Below, one piece after another: positions 1-12,146 of a DNA stretch of 64,000 nt. A program made the position numbers and the translations under genes. The notes below the pieces were generated by a model that was not told the DNA's origin, searched no databases, and saw only the letters and a list, made by a program, of their open reading frames with translations. Each line of letters opens with the position of its first letter. Position 1 is the first letter of the stretch. The DNA lies in assembly GCF_963921235.1 (NCBI RefSeq), contig NC_086118.1:21268001-21332000 (forward strand). Reading direction: 5' to 3'. This DNA comes from Mobula hypostoma (taxonomy: Eukaryota).

Positions 1-170
1 CTACCCACCTACACAATAGAGGCAATTTTCAATTAATTTACTGACACATCTGTTGTTATTTGGATTTGGATGAGACCCGTCAGGTCACAGGGGGGTCATG
101 CATACAAAAGGCGGCATCAGAAGTCAGGTCAGTAGAACCGTGTAGCCTCAGCTACATCACTGAACCACTG
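1..170 (-). mobile_element. Degraded HE1/V-SINE-like tRNA-derived SINE fragment
   Basis: Reverse complement resembles the SINE body at 31250-31608 and 56760-56945 (cctacacaatagaggcaattt...ggtcacaggg). Confidence 0.4.
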
Positions 171-504
171 AAAAGATATTGCGGTCAAAGATGTATAACC
201 TAACATCAAAAGACATGCAATGCTATAATTATAACTGAACATCTGTAAATGTACTGATTGCATGTTTCACAATTTGCTTATTAAGCACTTCTCAAAAGCA
301 AGAGGCTGCACTAGTTGCAATTTAGCTGGCAAAGCAGATTTTTCCTCACTGTAAGGGAGGACGTGAATATGAATCACTACGATTCATAGGCTTCAGTCTT
401 TGATGTTATCCTTTTCTCCTCTTTATTCCGCATTCCATTATTGGAAAGATGAAAGAGCACATACACAGTAACAGTGTACGTACATAAAGACAGTGTATAA
501 CAGA

Positions 505-646
505 AGTAGACATACATTAGGGACACTTAATGGATGAAAGAAAATGTAAGGTTTTAAGTATGTAGGAGCGAAGGATTAGACTGATTGTGGAGCTGGCACA
601 AAATCATGGGACGAAGGGCCTGTACTGTGCTGTACTGTTCCATGTT
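505..646 (+). mobile_element. CR1 LINE 3' end fragment
   Basis: 'ggcacaaaatcatgggacgaagggcctgtactgtgctgtactgttc' matches the 3' tail of the CR1 at 7259-7320. Confidence 0.7.
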
Positions 647-939
647 TCCTCCACATTTTTAATTTCATTCTTAGCTTTTCTGCTCTATACTTGTGCTTTC
701 ATCTTCCCCAGTACACAGTCCCCAACGGACTTTAACCTGCCTGCATAGTTAAGTCCCTCCCAGCAAACTCAATTTCAGATCATCCCTGTAATTTGTGAAT
801 ATTTGACAATTTATTGACCTTCGGTAAAATTTGGAAGCAGCCTGTTTTAGCTTGGGTAATGCTCTACGACACACGCAGAGCAATTCAGAAATTGGCTTTT
901 TACTGCAACGATATTTTGAAAACTAATTATTCTACAATC

Positions 940-1620
940 CAGACAAAACCCTTGTAAATATCTGCACCCTCTCTAATGCATTTGCATCCTCCCTGTATAC
1001 TGTAGTGACCAGTAGCCTAGTGGTAGCTTAAATAGTAAGTTTCATGTTTCGTTGCAGAATAACCTCCTTTGCATTCAAATTTGTGAGGAGGGCAAGTAAC
1101 CTTTATGCCTTATTGACTACCATATTTCCAACAAGTTTCAAAAATATGTCAACAAGTTCTCTAAGATCCTTCTGTTCCTCTCTAATGCACAGTATCCTGC
1201 CATTTACTGTGAATTATTTGCCCATCCAATTGCATTATATCACATTTCTTTGGATTGAATTCCATTTGTTATTTTCTTGCACCTTCATTAACTTCAATTA
1301 GTTTAAAACGTTTTTTTCTCACTATTAGCCATTCTGCTAGTTTTAGTATAATTTGCAAACTAATTAACAATGAGTCCCATATCTAACTGTGATATATACT
1401 GCATACCATTAAAAGGAAGGTACATGGCCCTGTGTTCTCTGGAATCCTTCAAGTCACGATTTTTTAAAATGTTTTCTGCCACCCAGTTAGTTTTGGTTCT
1501 AACTGGCCACTTTACCTTGTGCCTTCATGTTGCTGATCCATATACTTTCCTAAAAGCAATTTAACTTCATCAAATTCTCAGTGTTACCTCAAAAAATTCA
1601 ATCTGATAAAATATATACAG
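940..1620 (-). mobile_element. Highly degraded CR1 ORF2 fragment
   Basis: Patchy similarity to the CR1 minus-strand copy (cttgtaaatatctgcaccctctctaatgc; ggattgaattccattt). Confidence 0.5.
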
Positions 1621-2539
1621 TATGTGGTTAATAATAACTGTGTACACGAATCTCCGAACATTAAATCTATTGTATGGTCAGAATATCAAAAGAAAAGATT
1701 TTTATATACTAAACTTACACCAATAATGTACTAGAAGACTTCTGTGGAATAAAAGTGCTTATTCAGGCACATACAGAACAGATGATCTATACAGATTTGA
1801 ATGGTCTCATTGACAGTTTACAAGAAAAATTTAGGGAAAGCCCTAGAATTTATCAAGTCTTGTGCAAAAGCACAAAGCACAAGTGATGGAAGTGAGTTTA
1901 CCAGATGCTGTTGAAGTAGCCTTGACAAAATTGAAACCCATTCACTTTGATTTTTGTTTAGATTTAAGTCTTGAATCTAATCTTTCCTGAGGAGAATACT
2001 CAGGTTTAGGCCAATTAAGCTACAAGAAAAATGTGTGAACTCTAGCAAAATCTCCATGAATCTTTATGATGTTAGTCTGCACACGGCAATGATCATCAAA
2101 GACACTTTTGTTCAATTATTCAGCTGGATCCAAAGAATGCTCAAAACGCCACAACTCTACAAAAATATCACATTGCCAAATATAGTTTCAAAGGGTACAA
2201 AGTATTTCATACCAAACAGAAACTGCACAAATTACAGAATGTGTGGCACTGCTTGTCAATATTAGCAGGGAAACACATATGGAAATAGCTTGCCATTTAA
2301 CAAGCCTAATCCTTCAGTTAAGTGGAATAATGCCTTTTGTTCAAAGAGGGTGAATAATGTGTCACAAAAGCAAGCATTTAACCATAACACTTCCAAGTGT
2401 TTTCCTGTTCAGGATTTCTGGATTATGCGATGTGACAACTAATGATTTATTCATTAAAATAAATGAGTCATGTAAATTAGAACCACTTCATTGTGCATTC
2501 TGTAAATTCTAACGTAGGGGTAAACAATGCCATGATATT

Positions 2540-2970
2540 GCACCAGTGCCAAAGAGATTGGAGGTTTGGGGAACCCATCAGATAGTTGCCTTATCGTGGA
2601 TACTGTTGAGCTCCGAGATTGTTGTTGGAGCTATACAGAACCGATCAAATAGAAAGTATCTCATCACTTTCCTTGTGTGCGATGTAGATGGTGAAGAAGC
2701 TGTGGGTAACAAGAGGCAAACCACCTTTGGATGAGGAAATCAAAGTTCTGTTCTTGTAGTCATGTTATTTATTTGAGTTTCTGGTCAATTCTGACCTCCA
2801 GGATGTTGATGGTGATGGTGGGGCGGTTAGTGATGGTTAAGTCACTGAATGTTGGGAAGGTGTTTAGACAACACTTGGTGGAGATGGCTTTATCTGGTAA
2901 CCTTCTGTTACTTGCCACGTAACATTTCCTGGTTGAATGTTGTCCAGGTGTTACTCTAGAGAAGTATGGA
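2540..2970 (-). mobile_element. Degraded L2/Crack-like LINE 3' region
   Basis: Recognised from remembered motifs (ccaggatgttgatggtg; gttgttggagct). No ORF remains. Confidence 0.35.
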
Positions 2971-3544
2971 CCAGTTCATATTCCAAGCAGTAAATAAATT
3001 TAACCACTTACATATGTAATTAGTATCAAATTGTAGGTAACACAATATAATAAATTACAAAATTCTATGCAAAGAAATCTTCTCGTTTTGTACAGAGAAT
3101 GTCTATTGTCTCTGTAAAAGGTATCCCATTGAACAAGTTAGATAAACAGGGCCATCTGAAATCTTGCAACTGATTTTTAACAAAGAATTGTTACAATGTT
3201 TTACTTCTCACTTGGATTTTGAAATACCTTGGCAACTGCCCAGTTGAAATGGGGTGAATTATTGCACTTTAGTGTTTCCTGGAAAACAGCAATGTTTAAA
3301 CTAGCTTTCAGTGGTGTAAACTCTACATAGCCATCTTGATGATCTTTTTAATCTGGCTTGTTCACAAATCCAACCCGCTTGTTATCTGCTACTGTCACTC
3401 AAGATGAAGTCCCAGTGAGAGCAGTATTCGACAGTCCACCATCTGGTATTAATATAACCACCACTCTAATTGTCTCTCGCTTTGCTTAATTTAAGAACAT
3501 TAATGAATGACTGAGAAGTGCCACTAACTGTATCTCTACTGCAC

Positions 3545-4050
3545 TGCTGTGTACATACATCTACTGATGCTTCTGGACACATCTTCAGTGATGTTCCTGG
3601 AATCATAGGGTGTTTCGGATCTTTCAACATCATACAATCTCCACCAGGTGACCCAGCCGCGGCTGATCAGACCCCAGCTTGTGTCCAGATGGCTAGCTAC
3701 TTCTAACTCCATGGCTCCCCTCTTTTGAGCCGCAGCCATCTTGAGGTCCTCTCTGCCGCATCGGTGGTACTGCCGATGGCTTTCCTCTTCCTCTCTCCCT
3801 CGATGCCCAAAATGCTGAAGGCTCTAACTAAAGAATGGGCTATGAATCCCCTACAACCAACCTCCACTGGGAGACACCTCGCTCTCCATCCAGCCTGCTG
3901 ACAGTTGCTGACCAGTCCTGCGTACTTGGAGAGCTTCCTTTCAAAGGCCTCTTCCAAGCTATCTTCCCATGGGACTGCCAGCACCAGCAGCACCACTTGC
4001 TTAGTCGACTCAGACACTAGGACAATGTCTGGTCGCAGGGTGGTGGCTGT
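3545..4050 (-). mobile_element. Hero-clade (R2 group, restriction-like endonuclease) LINE, 5'-truncated
   Basis: Minus strand reads ATTLRPDIVLVSESTKQVVLLVLAVPWE...ERKLSKY...PVEVGCRGF...SRWLRLKR to a stop at 3703, followed by a 3' UTR. This fits the PD-(D/E)xK RLE C-terminus. Confidence 0.8.
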
Positions 4051-4324
4051 GACAAAACACCTTTAGCATTGAAAGGGAAAGGCGCCTGGTGAGTAGTGAG
4101 ATCAGAGGCCACAATATTTGTTCTCATGATAAAAAGATGTAATGCTCTCACCCTGCTAATACATAGAAGTTAATGTCCTTTTAACAAGTCATATCTGAGG
4201 TATCAAAATATAGATCTGGGAGAAATATTTGTCTTAAAATTTATTGGGCTAACAAAACAGAAATCACCTGCCATTGAAAAAGAAATTTGCTGTTGTGAGT
4301 AATGTTCAGTTTGACTTTGTAATT

Positions 4325-5548
4325 CTGTAAGACATAGGAGGAGAATTAGGCTATTTGGCCCATTGAGTCTGCAGCACCATTCAACCATAGTTGATTTATT
4401 TTCCTTCTCAACTACATTTTCCTGTCTTCTCCCCATAAACTTTGACACCCTTAATAATTATGTACCTATCAACCTCCACTTTAAATATACCCAATGACTT
4501 GGTGTCCACAGCCGTCCAATGATTCACCAACCTCTGGCTAAATAAATTCCTCTTCATTTCTGTTCTAAAGGGACATGCTTCTATTCTGAGGCTTTGCCCT
4601 CTGGTCCGAGGCTCTCCCACTATTGGAAACATCCTCGGTATGTCCACTTCGTCTAGGCCTTTCAATATTTGGTAGGTTTCAATGAGATTCCCCCACCATT
4701 CTTCTAAGCTCCACCGAGCACAGGCCCAGTCCCATCAAACATTCCTCATACATTAATGCTTTCATTCCTAAGATCATTCTCTTAAACCTTCTCTGCACTG
4801 ATTCCAATACTGGCACTTCCTTTTTGAGAAATGGACACCAAGATGAGGCCTGACAAGCAGCTTATAAAGTCTCAGCATTACATCTTTGCTTTTATATTCT
4901 AATCCTCTTGAAATTACCTTCCTTACTACCAATGCTAAAAACAGAATACTGCAGTGCTACATTTATTCTATCTTGACTTATGGAAGTGAATGCTGGACAA
5001 TTTCCCCAGCAATGGAAAAGAGACTAGAAGCAGCTGAATTATGGTTCTACAGGAGAATGTTAAAAATATCATGGACCACAAACACATCAATTGAAGAAAT
5101 CTTCAGAAGAGCCCAAGCAATTCGGTCACTCATACCAACAATAAGAGAAAGACAACTCAGATTCCTAGGACATATCATGCGGAAAGATGAGCTAGAAAAA
5201 TTCATGCTTTCTGGAAAAGATCGAGGGGAGCAAACCTAGAGGAAGACCTCGGCTTATGTACATCAAAAGCCTAGCCAGGTGGCTATACATGAAGAAAATG
5301 GAAGTCATCCAAAGAACGAGGGATAGATCTATATGCAAAATCATGGTCACCAATGTCCGCATCGGATATGGTACCTAGACAGACAGACAGACTACCAACG
5401 CAACCTGTAAGTTAACCCTTAAGGAATCCTGCACTGGAACTCCTAAGTTCTTTTGCCTTTTCCATTTCTGAATTTGCTCCCCATTTAGAAAATAGTCCTT
5501 CTACCAAAGCGCATGACCATACAGGTTCTTACATTGTATTCCATCTAA
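4325..5548 (-). mobile_element. CR1 3' fragment, split by an RTE insertion
   Basis: ORF 4408-4665 (MFPIVGEPRTRGQSLRI...SQRLVNHW). CR1 sequence resumes after 5398. Confidence 0.85.
4933..5390 (+). mobile_element. RTE-clade LINE 3' end with (AGAC)n tail
   Basis: Translates to YSILTYGSECWT...LEAAELWFYRRMLKISW...QLRFLGHIMR. Tail at 5377-5392. TSD ACTACCAA at 4925-4932 and 5391-5398. Confidence 0.85.
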
Positions 5549-7258
5549 CGTAAAGTCAGCATGACCACTGTATAAATATCCTGATAGTCCTAGAATCTTG
5601 GCAGTTCAAAACAGAAAACTATTTCCACATTGGTTCAGGTGGTACATATGGGCAGATCATGTGACTAGAACAGACCTCCCCCTCCCCCTCCAAAAGCTTG
5701 CAACACAATACTTTCGGCTGATTTTTATGGACTCCGCTGATGTACCATGCTCTCTGTAAAGGTTGACTGCTCTGTCACCAAAAGAATCATCCCACAAGAT
5801 AAAGTGCTTGTGTATAATTTTGCAATGGCACAATTTAACTTGCTGAAATCAGTATTAAGGGGCCTAATACAGCCTTCACGGACTCAGCTCATTAACAGAT
5901 GTGCTAGGCGCATTACTGATTTCACAAGCATCTATCAGTTTCAGCATTTAGCCCTTTTTAATGTGCAGATTCTTTTCATTTTAGCCTCTTTTAATATTAA
6001 GATAGATATAATGGGTTGCATGGACCTCTTCTTTAACAAAGAATTCTTCAACTTGTTATTAATGTGTATAAAGCAGTCTCTGATGACACTGCTCCCTAAG
6101 AGATCAGTTTTAAAAGGAAGTTGTGAGTCAGGATCCCGAAAATCTCTTTGAGCCACTGCTATTCTTGGTTGTATCCCTCCCACTTCTGGCACGAACATCC
6201 CCACTTCCCCAGCGCATTCCTGCTGTTAGCTCCACTGTCTGACTTGTCACTGTGCGAATCTAATGTGTTGCATTAGATGACTGGCTGGGGGCAGGTTGTT
6301 CGCTCTATTTAGATATGAAGCCAAGCTATTAAAATAGCTGTGACCTCTTGGACTTGCATTGCATTTGGAAAGTTACTGACACACCCTCAGCAGTCTCTCA
6401 CGGAAGCTTCACTCACTAACTTCACTTCACTAACTGGTGCCTTGCAGAAAATGTCCATGAAATACCTGTTGACACATCCAAGTACATTTAGTGGTCTATG
6501 ACATTGTCTGTCACACTACAATCATGATTGCCTCAATAGCATGAAAGGTGACAGGCAGAATACAAGAAAGAGATTCTGGCTATAACAGGCACTATCAATG
6601 TACTCTAACAGAAAAACTAAAAGAGCTGCAATTTCAACTGTTCGGTGGAAGAAGAACTAGCCCTAACCTTTTATAGAATCAAAGAATTGCTACAGCACAT
6701 TAGCTCCATTATGGCTGTTCCAAGTAGAGTTAGCCAAACAGTCCTATTCCCCTGCTAATTAACCAGACACAAAGTCTAAATCTTAAAGCAAAAAGGCATT
6801 GGTTGGGCTAGATGGGTTTGTGGAACAGCTTCCTCATCAAAGCATTTTATTTCTCTCCTTGTAGGCTTCTTTTTGTTGGTCTCCATCTGCTTTTGGATGG
6901 AATGTCATTCTTAGGAGTCAGATGCCAATAATTTATTTAGCATGAAACTGCAAATTCATTGATGTTAATTGGTTCTGTTCCTCCATTCCTCACTCTCCCA
7001 GGACCTTCAGCTAAAAACAGCCAGGGACACACATCTTGCACTAAATGAGCATCTTCTTGTCAGGGAAAAAAAAAATCAGAAATCTGTTGTTTAAATGTTG
7101 TCACTGACTTTCTCTTTCTTACTGGATACTTTGTTAAGATTAAGTAGCTAGACCCGCTGTTGGCATAGATTAACATTTGGTTAATTATGACTAGTTTGGA
7201 ACCTAGGTGTATTAATGCTTTAATTAAAAATACTTCTAACGGATTTTTTGTCTGAAAT

Positions 7259-9374
7259 CTATAAAGAACATAGAATAGTACAGTACAGTACAGGCCCTTC
7301 GGCCCACAATGTTGTGCCAACCCTTAAACCCTGCCTCCCATATAACCCCCACACCTTAAATTCCTCCATATACCGGTCTAGTAGTCTCTTAAATTTCACT
7401 AGTGTATCTGCTTCCACCACTGACTCAGGCAGTGCAATTCCACGCACCAACCACTCTCTGAGTAAAAAACCTTCCTCTAATATCCCCCTTGAACTTCCCA
7501 CCCCTTACCTTAAAGCCATGTCCTCTTGTATTGAGCAGTGGTGCCCTGGGGAAGAGGCGCTGGCTGTCCACTCTATCTATTCCTCTTAATATCTTGTACA
7601 CCTCTATCACATCTCCTCTCGTCCTCCTTCTCTCCAAAGAGTAAAGCCCTAGCTCCCTTAATCTCTGATCATAATCCATACTCTCTAAACCAGGCAGCAT
7701 CCTGGTAAATCTCCTCTGTACTGTTTCCAATGCTTCCACATCCTTCCTATAGTGAGGCGACCAGAACTGGACACAGTACTCCAAGCGTGCCTTAACCAGA
7801 GTTTTATAGAGCTGCATCATTACCTCGCAACTCTTAAACTCTATCCCTCGACTTGTAAAACCTAACACCCCATAAGCTTTCTTAACTACCCTATCTACCT
7901 GTGAGGCAACTTTCAGGGATCTGTGGACATGTACCCACAGATCCCTCTGCTCCTTCACACTACCAAGTATCCTGCCATTAACTTTGTACTCTGCCTTGGA
8001 GTTTGTCCTTCCAAAGTGTACCACCTCACACTTCTCCGGGTTGAACTCCATCTGCCACTTCTCAGCCCACTTCTGCATCCTGTCAATGTCTCTCTGCAAT
8101 CTTCGACAATCCTCTACACTATCCACAACACCACCAACCCTTGTGTCATCTGTAAACTTGCCAACCAACCCTTCTACCCCCATATCCAGGTCGTTAATAA
8201 AAATCACGAAAAGTAGAGGTCCCAGAACAGATCCTTGTGGGACACCACTAGTCACAATCCTCCAATCTGAATGTACTCCCTCCACCACCACCCTCTGCTT
8301 TCTGCAGGCAAGCCAATTCTGAATCCACCTGGCCAAACTTCCCTGGATCCCATGCCTTCTGACTTTCTGAATAAGCCTACCGTGTGGAATCTTGTCAAAT
8401 GCCTTACTAAAATCCATGTAGATCACATCCACTGCACTACCCTCATCTATATGCCTGGTCACCTCCTCAAAGAACTTTATTAGGCTTGTTAGACACGATC
8501 TGCCCTTCACAAAGCCATGCTGACTGTCCCTGATCAGACCATGACTATCTAAATGCCCACAGATCCTATCACTAAGAATCTTTTCCAACAGCTTTCCCAC
8601 CGCAGACGTAAGGTTCACTGGTCTATAATTACCCGGACTATCCCTACTACCTTTTTTGAACAAAAGGGACAACATTCGCCTCCCTCCAATCCTCCGGGAC
8701 CATTCCTGTGGACAACGAGGACATAAAGATCCTAGACAGAGGCTCAGCAATCTCTTCCCTCACCTCGTGGAGCAGCCTGGGGAATGTTCCGTCAGGTCCC
8801 AGGGACTTACCCATCCTAATGTATTTTAACAACTCCAACACCTCTTCTCCCTTAATATCAACATGCCCCAGAACATCAACCTCACTCATATTGTCCTCAC
8901 CATCATCAAGTTCCCTCTCACTGGTGAATACCGAAGAGAAGTATTCATTGAGGACCTCACTCACTTCCACAGCCTCCAGGCACATCTTCCCACCTTTATC
9001 TCTAATCGGTTCTACCTTCACTCCTGTCATCCTTTTGTTCTTTACATAATTGAAGAATGCCTTGGGGTTTTCCTTTACCCTATTTGCCAAGGCCTTCTCA
9101 TGCCCCCTTCTTAAGCTCCTTTCTTGCTACCCTATATTTCTCAATAGACCCATCTGATCCTTGCTTCCTAAACCTCATGTATGCTGCCTTCTTCCACCTG
9201 ACTAGATTTTCCACCTCACTTGTCACCCATGGTTCCTTCACCCTACCATTCTTTATCTTCCTCACCAGGACAAATTTATCCCTAACTTCCAGCAAGAGTT
9301 CCCTAAACATCGACCATATGTCCATAGTACATTTCCCTGCAAAAACATCATCCCAATTCACACTCGCAAGTTCT
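7259..9374 (-). mobile_element. CR1 LINE, 5'-truncated, frameshifted ORF2 (RT)
   Basis: Three consecutive frames (9098-9394, 8647-9090, 7425-8750) with NYRPVNLTS, QHGFVKGRSC, YMDFSKAFD, GVPQGSVLGP, KFTDD and LEYCVQFWSP. CR1 3' tail at 7259-7320. Confidence 0.95.
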
Positions 9375-9981
9375 AAAGGGGCTAACTGCAACAACTAAAC
9401 TTTAAAATACACTTCATTCATAAATATACAGCCAATTTAGTCACAAAAAAGTTTTTTTTCCAATATAAAGATCAAATTGGAATAGAATGGTCTCATTGGC
9501 ATTTACTGAACTTCCTTGGCTTCCTGTTAAAACACACACGTCTCTAATGGTCATTTCCTGTCTCTGACGAATGACCAAAATAACACTTGTGATGCCTTCC
9601 TTTAAGGAAAATGATTTTTATGGTTTAATGACTCATTCAGAGAACTGTAGGAGTGAAATATCTTGTCAGGATACCTTCTGAGTTGATGAAATGTGCACGT
9701 ACAGTCAGGTGATAGCAGTTCTTCCAGGTAGTGGAATAGCATAACCAGCTGTTTTCAGAATGCAGTGCTGCCCAAGATCATTGCTTTCCAGCAGTCCAAT
9801 AAACTCACATGGCAGTAAATTACTCTATACCTCTTTTTTTTCTTTTATTTCTCCAGTGTTTCTTGGATCCACACATTCACAGTGGTAGACAGGAGACCCA
9901 CTCTCAGGAGGCTTCATCTCAAACGTCCGTTAGGTCTGTTTCTCATTGTACTATAATCTGGTCCAGTTATACCCTCTAACA

Positions 9982-10060
9982 CAGGGGTTCCCAGCCTGGG
10001 GTCCACAGACCACTCAGTTAATGGTTGGAGTCCAGAGCATAAAGAAGGTTGAGACCCCTG
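9982..10060. mobile_element. hAT (Charlie/MER5-like) MITE, about 80 bp
   Basis: TIRs caggggttcccagcct / aggttgagacccctg. Flanks ctctaaca / ctctaaag (degraded 8-bp TSD). Confidence 0.8.
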
Positions 10061-10169
10061 CTCTAAAGATTTTTTTTAAAAACCCCTGCTGTTAAAGTAT
10101 ACTCTTTTCAATAAAGCACCAATACACACAACTTCCAAATTGGCCACCAGTTTCTGATCTCTAACAATG

Positions 10170-11075
10170 AACAAGGGAGAATGGAAATCTGAAGCAACAC
10201 ACAAAGGGACTGGAGAAACTCAGAGGGTCAGGCAGCAAATATGAAGGGGTATGGGCAGCTGACACTTTGGGTTGAGACCTTTCATCTCGACCAGATGGAA
10301 GGCTTGAATGGAATGTCAGTTGTTCCATTTCCCTCCATAGATGCCACATGACTTGCGTGTCACTATCCCAGATGACCTGTCCAGGACCCATCATATAAAC
10401 ATTATTGCGAAGAAAGCACGACAGACCCCTACTTCCTCAGGAGTCTGCGACGACTTAGCGTGTCATCGAAAACCTTGGCAAACTTCTATAGATTTGTGGT
10501 GGGAAGTGTGCTGACTGGCTGCATTATGCCTGGTATGGGAACTCCAATGCTTTTGAGCAGAAAATCCTATAAAAGGTAGTGGATTTGGCCCAGTACATCA
10601 CGAGTAAAATCCTCGCAACTGTTGAGCACATCTATATGAAACATTGCCGTAGAAATGCAGCATCCATCATCAAAGATCTTCAACACCTAGGCCATGTTCT
10701 TTTCTCGCTGCTGCCATCGGGTAGGAGGTACAGGAGCCTCAGGATTCGCAGCACCAGGTTTAAGAACAGTTCCTACCCCTTGAACAAAAAGGGATAATGT
10801 ACACTCATTTAAGGACTCTGTTATTTTGTTACTTCATGCTCATTGTTTATCGTTTTTTATATATCTGTGTTTGCAGTTTGTTTACCATTTACAGTTCCTG
10901 GTGTTTACAGTTACTCTTCTATAGATTTGCTAAGTATGTCCACAGAGAAAAAAAATCTCAGGATTATATGTGGTGACATAAATAAGTTTTACTTTGAACT
11001 TTGACCAGCTGAGTTCAGCCAGTTCCTTTGTGTGTTGCTCCAGATTTTCAGCATTCACACTCTCTCGTGTCGCTG
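10170..11075. mobile_element. Old palindromic Penelope-derived element interrupted by a Rex1 fragment
   Basis: Left part at 10170-10352 and remainder at 11002-11075 are mutually inverted (gcaacacacaaagggactggagaaactcag / ctgagttcagccagttcctttgtgtgttgc). Confidence 0.7.
10353..11002 (+). mobile_element. Rex1/Babar LINE 3' fragment
   Basis: ORF 10579-10797 (AASIIKDLQHLGHVLFSLLPSGRRYRSLR). Tail actttgaactttga. Confidence 0.85.
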
Positions 11076-12146
11076 TGAATATCTGGAGTCAGGTTTGAGT
11101 CTGCCACAAAATGATGCAGGCTCTATGATCAACGGGGATGAACTCTGCTTCACTTCACAGGGAGCTTAGACCATGTGACTCCACTTACTTATTGATCGTT
11201 AACATTGGAGTAAGTGTTGAAGTTATGTTCTATGATTATGCCAGTAAACAATATGCACAAAATTACACGATCTTCATTTTCTATTAGTGCTACTCCCATA
11301 GCTTTATGAATTTAAGCTATCACCACAGGAGTCTTTTTATTTCTTTTTTTCTCTCTCATATTACTAAATTCCATGTGTGGTATTATCTTCTAAAGTAAAC
11401 ATAGTTCATGAGACCAAACCCCATTTTTACAAAACTATTAATTGAAAGAACTGTTTGGTTGTAATTTTGTTAAGTTTCACTTTTTGGCCCTCCTTAGACT
11501 TAGGGTTGAAAAGAGATGGTTACCAAAGGTTCCTCCAGTGCTGCTTTGCCATCAACTCTTCAGAAATATTGAAAATCAACAGGTTAAACTCAGCATGCCT
11601 CAGCATTGAACTCTGTGCGTCATTCTTTGTTCAAAATTTATAATGTACTTCACCTTTCTGTCCCTATTTATGTCAGATTTTCCCGAACACAGCATTTTTG
11701 AAATGCCACTCAGTTACCTGACAGATTCATCGATGGAAAAAAGCCAAAGAACTGGTCCAACTTAGCCTCATTATTCAACTTCAGATAAACTCAGCAACAC
11801 ACTGTATGAAATTTTGTGCCACTACATTGCTAATAATAAATAACTTGAGTTATAACACAAATTATGATCGATCAATTAAATCATGGTTGTACCCGATGGC
11901 AGTAAGAAGGAGAAAAAGGGAGATAAAAAAGCAGGGGATTATGAGAGTTAAGAAGTCAAAGATATGGGGCGGGTGACGGAGTAGAGGGAGGCAGAGTAGG
12001 AAGGCTTTGGCTCCTGAGGTTTCGGCGAGCAGAGGCTGAGGAAGAGCTTCACTCTAAGTGAGGTAAGGCTGGGTAAGTTCCTTTAATAAATCTAATTACC
12101 TTAAGAGTAGGCAGCAGTTAGGGCAGTTGAATGCTCCGTTTGCAGG

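Noticed and set aside
5747..6204. 134-aa and 87-aa overlapping ORFs as genes
   Set aside because: No recognisable domain or splice structure. The lengths are compatible with chance.
7923..9398. Plus-strand ORFs overlapping the CR1
   Set aside because: They are antisense shadows of the minus-strand ORF2.
7240..9400. TSD around the minus-strand CR1 (and the 11960-16022 CR1)
   Set aside because: No convincing flanking direct repeat was found by eye.
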